DNA of 63,455 bases from Octopus bimaculoides (GCF_001194135.2 NC_068999.1:49468347-49531801), one strand, 5' to 3'. Numbered from the stretch's first letter, positions 1-12,499 are shown. Translations and numbers: made by a program. The notes: generated from the letters alone by a model not told the origin.

Positions 1-501
1 TATATATATATATATATAAGAATATGTGCGTGTTTATGTGTGCATATATGTATATATGTGTACGTCGGCGTGTGGGTATGTGTGCATTTCTTTCTCCTGC
101 TTTCTTTTTTTTACTGTGTATATTTTCGATTGACTTTGCCGATAAATTAGTTACGAAATGCCTTACTGACTACTAATTCACTTTAGCACGCATCAATCGA
201 TAGAAATTCAATTTCAGGAAGCGATGCTATCATTAGACTCTCAACAAGGTTCTGCCTGAATACTTAATCCCATTCTGAAGGATATAATTTTCTTAGTTGA
301 GGCTCGAAGGCTTCGATGGTTTCCTTTGCATTTTTTATTAAGTTCAGTTCATCTTTCTTTTATATTGTTTGTTTTTAATGTTATTGTGTGTGTGTGTGCG
401 GATGTGTGGGTTAGCTTACATTATCATCTTTGTTGTTGTCCGTTCTTGGCGTTTACGTTTCACCTAACAATGTAACAGACGGATCTGGGCGAACTAATCA
501 C

Positions 502-537
<36 letters not shown>

Positions 538-1290
538 NNNNNNNNNNNNNNNNNNNNNNNNNNNNNNNNNNNNNNNNNNNNNNNNNNNNNNNNNNNNNNN
601 NNNNNNNNNNNNNNNNNNNNNNNNNNNNNNNNNNNNNNNNNNNNNNNNNNNNNNNNNNNNNNNNNNNNNNNNNNNNNNNNNNNNNNNNNNNNNNNNNNNN
701 NNNNNNNNNNNNNNNNNNNNNNNNNNNNNNNNNNNNNNNNNNNNNNNNNNNNNNNNNNNNNNNNNNNNNNNNNNNNNNNNNNNNNNNNNNNNNNNNNNNN
801 NNNNNNNNNNNNNNNNNNNNNNNNNNNNNNNNNNNNNNNNNNNNNNNNNNNNNNNNNNNNNNNNNNNNNNNNNNNNNNNNNNNNNNNNNNNNNNNNNNNN
901 NNNNNNNNNNNNNNNNNNNNNNNNNNNNNNNNNNNNNNNNNNNNNNNNNNNNNNNNNNNNNNNNNNNNNNNNNNNNNNNNNNNNNNNNNNNNNNNNNNNN
1001 NNNNNNNNNNNNNNNNNNNNNNNNNNNNNNNNNNNNNNNNNNNNNNNNNNNNNNNNNNNNNNNNNNNNNNNNNNNNNNNNNNNNNNNNNNNNNNNNNNNN
1101 NNNNNNNNNNNNNNNNNNNNNNNNNNNNNNNNNNNNNNNNNNNNNNNNNNNNNNNNNNNNNNNNNNNNNNNNNNNNNNNNNNNNNNNNNNNNNNNNNNNN
1201 NNNNNNNNNNNNNNNNNNNNNNNNNNNNNNNNNNNNNNNNNNNNNNNNNNNNNNNNNNNNNNNNNNNNNNNNNNNNNNNNNNNNNNNNNN

Positions 1291-1304
1291 CGCTCTTCCG
1301 ATCT
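1291..1304 (+). other. Illumina adapter remnant (assembly artefact)
   Basis: CGCTCTTCCGATCT, the 3' end of the Illumina adapter, starts at the first base after an N-gap. Confidence 0.85.
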
Positions 1305-1859
1305 CACACATACATATATACACACACGCAAACAGTATATTTACTTCTGTAGGCATCTTTCTATGGATTCAAATTCGAACAGTCCGTCAGAACGGCACGT
1401 TTACACATCATTCACTTTCATATAATATAATAACGAGAAAAAGAAGCCTTCTTCTTTGAACACCTGAGTGAAGAAAAGACTAGTGAATGTATATTAAACT
1501 GATAATGATTCCACATTCTACACTTCCTTGCTTGTATAATTCTGGCAATTACCGGAGCTGATTTACTTCAATTTAGGAAACCAACGTGGTTAATATCCTT
1601 TCTTAGAAACAATTCTTCAGAGATAATCAGCTTAATTTGTGTCATTTCTTCCAATTTAGACCTCCACCGCTAAAACATTTTCTGTTTTGTTTATTTGGAT
1701 TATATACATTTCAGTGATTCGATCAATCGGTAATGATATGATTGACTCGATGATTCAGTGCCAGATCGATAGCAAAAGTAAATAAAAAGAAATTGAGAAA
1801 TAAAAAGTATCCAAGTAGAAAATGGTAGCCGGAGAGAAAAAGAGATCAAACATTTTCAG

Positions 1860-2340
1860 TTGGAGTGCGAGATACATAAATACAGAGCAACAGTATCTTC
1901 AGAATTGGAGAAGAACTTCTTTGCCAGATCTCCGAGAATACAACTGTCTCATGCGACCCAAAAGCTGGTATGGCCTATATAGACAGAAGCTCGGTGGAGA
2001 AGCAGCCATCATACTAGCAAAAATCAATGCATGCGTACATATCCCGTAGGCTAGAGGGCAACAACAGCATTGACAGGTAGAGTGGCCTCTTCTGGATATG
2101 TGATAGATACATTACATCCCACCTAGAAGGATACACCTTCGCTTTCCACGAACGGGAGATAGCTACTAAATACCTGATAAACAAACGAGACAAAGATACC
2201 ACTAAACCTCAACGTTGTGATAAAAAATGTCGGCTCTGCTATACTAGTGTGGAAGATATCACCCATATTATCAGCAGCTGCTCCAAAATTTTTACAAGAT
2301 ATTACTTGCTCCTGATGCTTGATATAGTTGAAAAGATTAT
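1860..2340 (+). mobile_element. R4/Dong-like RLE non-LTR retrotransposon fragment (post-RT linker + CCHC zinc knuckle), decayed
   Basis: Translates to ...KSMHAYISRRLE...DRYITSHLEGYTFAFHEREIATKYLINKRDK...KCRLCYTSVEDITHIISSCSKIFTRYYL (CCHC knuckle); homologous to the copy at 54420-55196. Confidence 0.75.
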
Positions 2341-2432
2341 TTTGCAATGCTATTCTCATGAAGAACTGCTGAGCATTCAACCTGTTGTGCTAACGATTCT
2401 GCCTCCTCAGCGCTTCAAGACAAAAGTAATAT

Positions 2433-2648
2433 TGATTTCAACTTTTGGTACAGCGTCAGTAATTCTGATGGCGGGAATGAGTCGATTACATCGACCCCAC
2501 TGCTCAATTGTTACTTATTTGATCGACCCCGAAAAGATAAAAGGCAAAATCGACCTCGCTGGGATTTGAAACCAGAACGTAAAGACGGACGAAATGCCGC
2601 TAAGAATTTGCCCTGACGCGTTAACGATTCTGCCAGCTCGCTGTCTTA
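2433..2648 (-). mobile_element. tRNA-derived SINE family A, near full length
   Basis: Reverse complement carries the A-box-like TGGCAGAATCGTTA, a B-box-like GGTTTCAAATCCC and the family core GAGGTCGA..TTGCCTTT. Confidence 0.8.
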
Positions 2649-2710
2649 AGATGAAGAATTGTATTAAGAAAGTGATGGTGTGAGAGATAGAAAAATGTAT
2701 ATGCATACCC

Positions 2711-2742
<32 letters not shown>

Positions 2743-2743
2743 C

Positions 2744-2801
<58 letters not shown>

Positions 2802-2955
2802 CATACGTATACACAAACACACATATATATATCTATGCTACGCATATACTCATGTATGCATGCTTATAAAATTACACACGTATATATATATATAAATATA
2901 TATATTCACCTATGTACATGTATGTATGTATATATATATATGTGTGTGTGTGTGC

Positions 2956-2998
<43 letters not shown>

Positions 2999-3720
2999 TA
3001 TATATATACACTTATACAAGTTTTGGTATGTGCATATGTTAGTACATAAATAAATATCTGTTTATAGATAAATATATATTGAGTTATAAATATACTTCCA
3101 TGTTTACTAACCAAATACGTGTGACGCGATGTGTACACGGGCCAAGTGTAGGATACACAATACACACATATGGATCTACTTAAAAAGTTACATACACTCG
3201 ATATCCAATTTCTTTTATTACGCAACGTATCGAGTTTGAAAAGTTCGGAACACACTGATATGCACTTGTTTTTTTTTATTGATATGTCAACACTTACATG
3301 CAATTGTACAAGTACATATAAAAGAAGATATGTTTATTTATATGTTTGTAAACATCCATACACACATATAGATATGCATATATACATATATGTATAAACA
3401 CACACACAGACATATATATACCACACACATATGTATTGCGTAGATACACAAACACACGCACGCATACGCACACGCACACACACGCACACACACACACACA
3501 CATATATATATGCCTTTGTATTTATATCTATATATATATAGAGAGAGAGGGATACATATTTATACACACACACACACACACACACACACGCGCACACACA
3601 CATATATATAGAGAGGAGCGGTAGTGGTGTCAATGAGACCCAGAGGTGTCAGGTATTTATAAATGTTCTAAAATCTACACAGCCTTGGGTTTTTTTTTTA
3701 TCTCATTACGAAAAGTAAAT

Positions 3721-3765
<45 letters not shown>

Positions 3766-4416
3766 AATGTATGAATTAGTTGTAAGGATTCAGTAGAACC
3801 TAGGTATATCAAAATGTAGAACGCCAGAAATGGCTAGGTACCAAGCATAGAGTTCACAGTTAGGTAAACAACAACTAAGTCCAATTGTTGGTTGGATTCT
3901 GTTGATATGTAAGTACCAAATCCAATTTAAACCGTGGACCCAACTCTGGGGTTGGTTCTAAATGTGGCATAGTCATTATAAGAAAACACGAATGGCGCTT
4001 AAGATTTAAAAAGACATGTTTTCCCCTCTCTATCTGCCGCCCCCACACATATATGTCTGTATCTATATATATACTCATCCATACAAATATACATAAATAT
4101 ATATACTTATATATATATACGATACATACGTATATATTTGTACACACGCATACACACACACGACTGTGTTTAGATCCAGTGCACTTATTTATTTTACAAT
4201 GCTCCCACCGCTGTTAACCGAAAATTTCAAGATGTAACTATGTGAAAATACCAGTCTACTACTGGTATTTATATTATCAATCAATGACGAATCCATTTGT
4301 TCAAAATCTCATCAAGGCCTTTAATTAACTGTAAAGTCAATGCTATGATTCTCAACAGTTTGGAACCTTTATCGGTACACTATATCACTGTATCTGTCTG
4401 TCCCCCTGTCTCTTTC

Positions 4417-4534
<118 letters not shown>

Positions 4535-4622
4535 GCTTAACTTCTATGATATCCAATATCCATAACTGTCGTTATAGCTACTACTTCTACGAACACTGAG
4601 AGATCAGTTGCATCGTATTATT

Positions 4623-4869
4623 TATTTATCCCCACATAACCGTGGATGTGCTGTTTGAATAAACTAAACTATACTACGGTAGTTACCACGAGAGAAACCC
4701 TCGTATTGGCATTTGGTGCAAAATGCACTCTTGTTTTTAAACAAGAGTGCATTTTACACCATTTTGCACCATGTCGCACCAAACGCCATTATGAGAGAAT
4801 TTTTCTCATGACATCTACCACAGTATAGCTTATTCTAACAGAACATCCACGTTTAAGTGGAGATAAATA
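4623..4869. mobile_element. Foldback MITE, ~250 bp, with ~75-bp imperfect TIRs and a central near-perfect hairpin
   Basis: Left TATTTATCCCCACATAACCGTGGATGTG..CTATACTACGGTAG mirrors right CTACCACAGTATAG..CATCCACGTTTAAGTGGAGATAAATA; central GGTGCAAAATGCACTCTTGTTT-TT-AAACAAGAGTGCATTTTACACC; TA at both ends. Confidence 0.7.
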
Positions 4870-4907
4870 TTACCTCTCAGTATTAATACTGCCTCTGTCA
4901 CTTATAA

Positions 4908-4912
4908 ATATC

Positions 4913-4943
<31 letters not shown>

Positions 4944-5007
4944 CTATCTATTTATTTATCTATCTATCTATCTATCTATCTATTTATTTATCTATCTATC
5001 TATTTAT

Positions 5008-5040
<33 letters not shown>
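4908..5040. repeat. (TATC)n microsatellite; further arrays at ~11050-11110, 31601-31672, 33958-34037, 40352-40400, 61165-61203
   Basis: Direct reading. Confidence 0.95.
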
Positions 5041-5042
<2 letters not shown>

Positions 5043-5250
5043 CAAGAGTGGGTGCTGAAAAGTTCCTGGCTTTAAGGGATGTCGACAAAGGCCTGGTCGG
5101 AGGCCCAACATTCCCAGTTCTTTTACAGGGCTTAGGAAAAACTGAAGGGGCCGCTGCAATAAGTGTGTGAATCTGAGAGTGGAATACGTATAAAATAATA
5201 ATTAACTGATCCACCAGTATTTTCTTTTAAATAGCTAGGATATTTTCAAT
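5041..5250 (+). mobile_element. Internally deleted mariner-derived non-autonomous element
   Basis: Starts at TA with TIR-like TACAAGAGTGGGTGCTGAAAAGTTCCTGGCTTT; keeps a mariner C-terminal-like remnant (..RCNKCVNLRVEYV*); degenerate right TIR near 5225-5250; related copy at 47790-47993. Confidence 0.65.
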
Positions 5251-5629
5251 ATACACACACAAACCCACGCACACGCACATACAGACACTCACGCATATAT
5301 ACGCACATATGCTTATATACATATATACATTCACACGCATACATATAGTAGAGTTGTATAGTCTTCATGATACATTCTCTCATATACATAAATGCTTTTT
5401 TATGCTTTTTAAATGCCAAAATACAGCAAACTGCAAATATAAAACAGGTTGATAGCTTTAGCAGACATATTGAAATATCAAATAAATCACCCATCAACCT
5501 GTATTATATTTATAAATTGCTTGTTTTGGCTTTTTCAAAAATACAATGAACAAAACACACACACACTCACACATTCACACACACACATTCACACACTCAC
5601 ACATTCACACACACATACACACAGACACA

Positions 5630-5681
<52 letters not shown>

Positions 5682-5711
5682 GGATGTGATTATCTTGATA
5701 CTCTCTATTAC

Positions 5712-5825
5712 TCTTTTACTTGTTTCAGTCATTTGACTGCGGCCATGCTGGAGCACCGCCTTTAGTCGAGCAAATAGACCCCAGGACTTATTCTTTGTAA
5801 GCCTAGTACTTATTCTATCGGTCCC
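5712..5825 (-). mobile_element. SINE family B, 3' tail
   Basis: CTTTTACTTGTTTCAGTCATTTGACTGCGGCCATGCTGGAGCACCGCC... is the reverse complement of the tail of the full copies at 25062 and 59684. Confidence 0.85.
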
Positions 5826-6291
5826 TATTCTATTGTTCGCCTGTCTGAGGCTAGCTTTCTACCACAGGACAAATAGATCTCGTAAAGGGGTCTTGGGCAT
5901 TGCTCTTCATTCGCTAACAAATCTACGCAACAAAATCCACCTCCAGTTAAAAGAACAATGACAATAACGTACAGAAAATGAAGAAATAAACAAGTGTTCA
6001 GTTCGAAACAAACAGCCTGGCGAGCAGATTTATATTTTACGCCATTTTGTAAAATATTTTTCATACTGAATCGAAAATAGTAGAACAAGGAAAACTGAGA
6101 GAAAACTAAGAGAAACCTCACCATTTTTGCGTAGAGAGAATTAAAACGAAAAAAAGAAAACTACCGAATTGGTCTGGCACCGTCTACATTCGTCTAATAT
6201 AATATAAATAATAACTTGTTAAAACAACCTGAATATTCATCATCCATATGTTCCATGTTAGTGTGGTGGGGGTAGGTTCAATGACCTTGCT

Positions 6292-6296
<5 letters not shown>

Positions 6297-6352
<56 letters not shown>
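6297..6352. repeat. (TAC)n trinucleotide microsatellite
   Basis: Direct reading. Confidence 0.95.
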
Positions 6353-6353
<1 letters not shown>

Positions 6354-6530
6354 AACAAATGTAAACACCTCCCACAACAAAGACAAAAGCAGCATTATAC
6401 CGGAAATTCCTGTCAAGACATACGAGAAATGATATATATATATATATATGGATGTATGTAAGTGTGTACGTACGTACGTGTGTACAGAAGATATATTTAT
6501 TATATACATATATTGTATATATATATATAT

Positions 6531-6561
<31 letters not shown>

Positions 6562-6627
6562 TATGTACATACACACACAGACATATATATATGCATACAT
6601 ATATGCATATATCTATACATATGTTTA

Positions 6628-6674
<47 letters not shown>

Positions 6675-6868
6675 NNNNNNNNNNNNNNNNNNNNNNNNNN
6701 NNNNNNNNNNNNNNNNNNNNNNNNNNNNNNNNNNNNNNNNNNNNNNNNNNNNNNNNNNNNNNNNNNNNNNNNNNNNNNNNNNNNNNNNNNNNNNNNNNNN
6801 NNNNNNNNNNNNNNNNNNNNNNNNNNNNNNNNNNNNNNNNNNNNNNNNNNNNNNNNNNNNNNNNNNNN

Positions 6869-6910
<42 letters not shown>

Positions 6911-7788
6911 AAGAGACAGAGAGGTGATAGAGAACAGGACAAAACACTTAGCGAATACCAAGCGAAACAAGACCCAGATGAAAACTGGAAAAAAAAACAA
7001 GAACATTCTTTTCCACGCCATGCCTCGATTGTTTATTACTGAAGATATGCCGTGTAAAAGTAAGCAATGTCCTCTGAGTGCAGACGCACCTACACGACTG
7101 TTGGCTGTTGTATATGACAGCTTGGTTTATCGTACATATTCGCTGCTACCATATTGACTGCACAACAGTCAGGTACTCTACTGCTGAAAGTAACGAAGCG
7201 AATAGTGTTGGTATTTCTGATAATGCTGCTTTTGTTGATACTGTTGTTTCAGCAGTGTTGCTGTTACTGCGGCTGTGGCTGTAATTGCTGCAGTTGTCAG
7301 TTGCCCTGCTGCTGTTACTGATAATGCTGCGGTTGTTATAGTGCTGCTCTTGCCAATCGCTCTTGTTGTTGATTAAGCTATCCCCGCTAAAAAAGACCAC
7401 CCCCACCAAATCAAACAAATCCCGATTTAGTTTAACAATAAAACAAAGAAAAAGGTAAAAGGGGAAATTGAGCAACGAATGATAAGGGGCGAATTGTCTG
7501 TTCTCCTCATTCGAGAGGGATGGTCTCCAAAGTCTCCATCCATCGTAGGAAAGGGCTCTAGGGCCAAAACATAAAAAGGGGTAAGTTTCCATGAAGGAAC
7601 AAGTGTCCGATGCTAAATATTTCCGAAAGGTGGTCGTTTTCTTTGACTAGCGAAAAGATGCTGCTGTACATTGTAGCGACCCAGCATCTTAAGGCCGGAC
7701 CGAATGCGAAAGCTCTCAGGACAACCGGCAGATAAAGGTTGTAAGAGCAGACGGTAATGATAATAATGATGCTAATGTTGATTGTATC

Positions 7789-7992
7789 TAATTTTGGCAC
7801 AAGTTCAGCTAATTTAATGGTGAGGTAAGTCGATCGCATCGATCTCAATACCTGACAGGAAATCCATTTTATCGATCCCGGAGGGATTAATGGCAAAGTT
7901 GACCTCAGCGTTATTTGAACTTTGAACGTAAAGATCTGGGACAAGAAAAGGAAAGCATTTTATCCGACGCTCTAACGATTTTTCCGGAAGTG
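7789..7992 (-). mobile_element. SINE family A, diverged copy
   Basis: Core GGCAAAGTTGACCTCAGCG..TTTGAACT and tail TTTTGGCACAAG in reverse orientation. Confidence 0.7.
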
Positions 7993-8097
7993 GGTAAAAA
8001 AAAGACAAAATGACGCACAATGAATACACTGTAACTCAATACTTTCTGGGTTCAAGTCCCAGCCCGGCAACGGGAATCGAAAAAAGTGTAACAGTCT

Positions 8098-8372
8098 GAG
8101 ACCTCCTTCGATCACGACTGACCATGGGATTGCACCCAGAAAGTCACCATCCTAGGTACAAGTCCGGGCAAGGTTGTTTATGGAAGACTAGCAATCGCCC
8201 ATGCATACCGGCCTCCCCTCTCCACGCCACCAGTGTAATCCAAGGGAAAGGAAAAGGGGCCGATACAGCTTGGCACCTGTGACGTTGCAACACGCAGCCC
8301 AGTCCGGGATTCGAACTCACAACTTCACGATCGTAAGCTCGGTGCTCTAACCACTGAGCCTTGCACCTTCAC
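8098..8372 (-). mobile_element. tRNA-derived SINE family C, full length
   Basis: Minus-strand head GTGAAGGTGCAAGGCTCAGTGGTTAGAGCAC..GAGTTCGAATCCCGG (A and B boxes); body homologous to 62551-62742. Confidence 0.8.
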
Positions 8373-8402
8373 AAGTGTAACAGTACTGTCGTTATATTTC
8401 TG

Positions 8403-8548
8403 TTTCCCTCAACGAAATCCACTTACAAGGCTTTGATCAGCCCGACACTGTAGTAGGAGAGACTTGCCCAATGTGCCACATTGTGAGACTGAACCCGGAA
8501 CCATGTGGTTGGGAAGCAAACTTCTTACCAGACAGCCACACCTGCGCC
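8403..8548 (-). mobile_element. SINE family B, 5' half (tRNA-like head)
   Basis: Reverse complement of GGCGCAGGTGTGGCTGTCTGGTAAGAAG..GGTTCCGGGTTCAGTCTC..TTGGGCAAGT. Confidence 0.85.
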
Positions 8549-8550
8549 TA

Positions 8551-8599
<49 letters not shown>

Positions 8600-9899
8600 A
8601 TGTGTGTGTGTGTGTGTTTGTGCGTGTGTGTTTGTGTGTGTGTGTGTGTGAGTGTGTGTGTGTATGTGTGTCTGTGTTAAAAATATATATAATTTTATCG
8701 AACTCAGAAGAATGAAATTCAAAATGAACTCCAATGACATTTGATCTTAAATCAGAAGAGAGTGACCTATCTAATTATAACAACCGACAGTTAGGATAGT
8801 GCTAAGCCCATTCATGGGTAATATCATTGCTCTATATAGCCGAAGTACTCTTCACTCAACCAACTGTTCTTAGTTCTTAGCAAGGAAGTAAATGTCACAA
8901 TAATATCTTCGACAACTTCCGGAACATATATATATATATATATGTTTATATGTATGTATGTATAAATACCAATTTCGAGAGAAGCGCGCTAACATTTATA
9001 TAAATACGCGGAGACACGTAGATAGCCATAGAGTAGACATATTTATAATTAATCATATCCACGATGCAGAAATATTTGTTAAATAAATAAACACACACAC
9101 ACATAGACACATGTATCAATACGAATGTATGTATGTATGTATGTATGTATGTATGTATGTATGTATTACATACGGATGTGTGTATGTATGAATGTACGTG
9201 CGTATATTTGATGTAATATTTGTGTATGCATGAAAGTAACAAGAGCATATTTCATATATCGTTTTCATATGCATACCTATATAGATATACACAAGCATGT
9301 ACAAGTCTTTTTATGAATCTACATACACACACAGACATGTATACATACGTCATCAGTCACATGCGTATGAAGATATATATATATATAATTAAACACACGC
9401 ACATGTTTATATACATGTGCATACATATACACATATACAGATACAGGCACACGTATATATATACATGTATATATATATAATAGTATTGGTGATGGCAATA
9501 ATGCGACCCTGATGAGATGGAGTATCCAGAAATTTGTAATATGTTGTAATTTGTTACAATATTTTACGAGACATCTGATGATGTGGTTTATTTTTCCGGG
9601 ATACCCTATTGAAATGTGCATAGGTTTGGCTTATTGTGGTTGTTTCTGTTATTATAATTGTTGCTGCAATAAAGTATCTTCAATGCATTGATTTTGAGCT
9701 CTATCCTTTAAGAGACATGTATACATATATATATATATATATGTATGTATATATGTATGTATGAACGTATATTTGCACTTATGTTTTCATATGGAGATAT
9801 GTTAGTGGTTTCAAATATTCGGATGTGGTTGTGATGTGCAATTTGTATATGACAAACGAACTTGTGTGTCTTTACACACAGACATACACAAATAAATCG

Positions 9900-10828
9900 C
9901 ACAACTCTACCGAAACGCATCATCAGATGAAAGGATGAGCCTATATGAGTAGAAGACTATGCATGGGTATGTTAGTAGAAAGCTCCGTGATGATACAGTT
10001 TATCATGGACGAATATCCGGATTACTATCTCCCGCTTTGAAGGGTGTGCGTTTGCAATCGAAGAACATGAAAGCCGTAAAATGTGACAACCGATGCACCA
10101 TATCATAATCAGTCGCCCGAAAATGTCATCACGGTATTAACTACCGATGAGATATGACGTTGTAGCTAGGACAGTCAATAATGAAATCCGTCGGAAGGAT
10201 AAACGTGAGGAGAAAGAGATAAGAACCCACAATATGGTAAGAGCCATCGCCACTCATAATGAAAAGGACTACTGGCGGAATGTACCAGTGAAGACGTCAA
10301 TAAAATGTAAGCACAACAGACCTGATATAATGATTTGGGATAGAGAAGAGAAACTGTGCACAGTTGTGGAAATTAGCTGCCCATTTGATATTAACACAAC
10401 GCTAAAGATCAGTGCAAAAGAGAACACCTATGCTGAACTATTGAGAAATCTGCAGTTACTCTATCCAGATTACATGTCCAGGTTTATACCTGTAGTTACT
10501 GGGGCCCTGGGTTATGTAACATACTGCCTAAATACCAACCTTGAGAAATTAGGCTCCTCAAAACCAGAAAGGAGAAAGCTAATTTGAAAACTACAGATCC
10601 ATTCCGTCACTATAACTGTAAATATCTGTAAAACTTTATATGAGCATGTCTAGATATGCAACTATATGCATGAGAAGACATATATAAAACATACAAATCT
10701 GCACATACATACATACATACATACATGCCCTGTTGTTGATGTTACAATTCCGATGAAGGAGCCTTGAGTCTAGGTTAGAAACCGGTTCGTTCTTTATTGG
10801 CAAGAACTCTTGAAATAGATTAAATAAT
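9900..10828 (+). mobile_element. R4/Dong-like RLE non-LTR retrotransposon, 5'-truncated 3' end (endonuclease + 3' UTR)
   Basis: ORF 10147-10587: KHNRPDIMIWDREEKLCTVVEISCP..KENTYAELLRNLQLLYPDY..FIPVVTGALGYV, a PD-(D/E)xK-type RLE; the upstream MHGY/FAI linker is degenerate; 3' UTR matches 21401-21720. Confidence 0.85.
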
Positions 10829-10888
10829 GACACACACACATACGTACATACACACATGCATACACACACACACACACACGCACACATA

Positions 10889-10941
<53 letters not shown>

Positions 10942-10986
10942 NNNNNNNNNNNNNNNNNNNNNNNNNNNNNNNNNNNNNNNNNNNNN

Positions 10987-11017
<31 letters not shown>

Positions 11018-11050
11018 GACAGAGATAGCCAGATAGCTATAGATTAATAC

Positions 11051-11110
<60 letters not shown>

Positions 11111-11515
11111 ATTAGTAGCCTTTTGACTTTACTAAGCTTTAAATAACTGTACATTTTCTATTTCCAATTCCTCTCGTGCAAATGTCAATAATCAACCAAA
11201 ATAAAGAGGCACTTTTTATAGAAAATTTCTCAACTTTTATCCTATACTGTAATTTCTACACATTCGTTAGTCTCAGATACTAGAGATATTCTAGTCATTC
11301 GTGTGCCAAATCCAGATGTGCGTAGTTCAGTGTGTGTATGTTTTTATGCTTAAGAATTGTCTGCTACCAGTGCCTTGCGTCTATAATTTTCACGTTTTGC
11401 AAGTGAATAAGTGCGCGCGCACGATGCACGTACACATACATACATACACACGCACACGTGCACGCTCCGACGTCCCTGCCGACAGAGCTGTATAGACGCA
11501 TAGATACACGATTAT

Positions 11516-11730
11516 ACGAGGAGGTGTTGAAAAGATCTTGGCTTAAAGGGTGTCCGAATTCTTTAACGGGACTTAGAAAAGCTGATGGACTGACTAAAAA
11601 AGTGAAACATTGACTGCGATGTGATAGGATAACAATTCACAATTTGCTGCTTTAATTATCCAACTGGCGCCATGTTGTAATAGAATCTGTGTAGATCATG
11701 TAATCAGTTGAAAAATTCCTCAACTGAAGA
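11516..11730 (+). mobile_element. Degenerate copy of the mariner-derived non-autonomous element
   Basis: TACGAGGAGGTGTTGAAAAGATCTTGGCTTAAAGGG matches the left TIR of the copy at 5041. Confidence 0.45.
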
Positions 11731-12499
11731 TGAACATGCTTTATTAGTCTTATGTATCTTATTCTAAAACCTATTTCATTTAACTCTCGTGTCAAAAGAA
11801 ATCATTCACATCTTAGCTTGTTGTTGAGTCATTATTTTGTTTTTCCTTCAGCTTGCTTTCAATATGGCGGCGGACTTTTGCAATTTGCATGCCGTTATCA
11901 ATTATGTAACTTTCAAAGGAATGGAGTTATACATAAGTAATTTTAAATAAGTGAACTTCAAAGTTTACTCGGTTTAAAGAATTTCTATATTAATTTATCA
12001 ATAAAACGCAGTTGCTTTCTCTCTTTCCATCCCACCGCCTGTCGTCTTGCCTTCCTCCGCTCTATCTCATTGGTTACCATGCAAGTTTTGTCATTATACC
12101 TCCTTGGGAGTGTATATATATATATATATATATATATNNNNNNNNNNNNNNNNNNNNNNNNNNNNNNNNNNNNNNNNNNNNNNNNNNNNNNNNNNNNNNN
12201 NNNNNNNNNNNNNNNNNNNNNNNNNNNNNNNNNNNNNNNCTGTAGATTAGACTCGCAAACATAATGAAAGAATGTATTTTATGTTCATATAAATGTATGA
12301 ATGAAAGAAAAGTTATATGTGTGTGCACAGGCTGGGTCTGCGTTAGTTTCTTGTTTCTGATCCTCGTGAATTAGTAACTCCGAGTAGTGACTTAACACCG
12401 ACACAACTTTGAAGAGATCTTATTCCTGTCACATAACAGTATATATAAGAACATCTTCCAGCAGCATTGCAGTGCACGCCAATGTGAAACTATAATCAT

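Noticed and set aside
430-1425. Long ORFs in the track (also 22445-23448, 38441-39158, 53479-54528, 59878-60681 and others)
   Set aside because: They are open only because they run through N-gaps and dinucleotide repeats ([12 protein letters not shown]); no coding signal.
9574-9625. CTGATGA...GAAATGTGCATA hammerhead candidate
   Set aside because: Stems I and II do not pair.
9500-9700. Minus-strand KINHIIRC, resembling an RLE zinc knuckle
   Set aside because: The cysteines and flanking motifs are missing; too degenerate to call.
10750-10790. Hammerhead-like reading of the RLE 3' UTR (CCGATGA..GAAACCGGTT)
   Set aside because: The core is not conserved between copies (CCAATGA; absent in the third) and there is no stem I; a simple stem-loop fits better.
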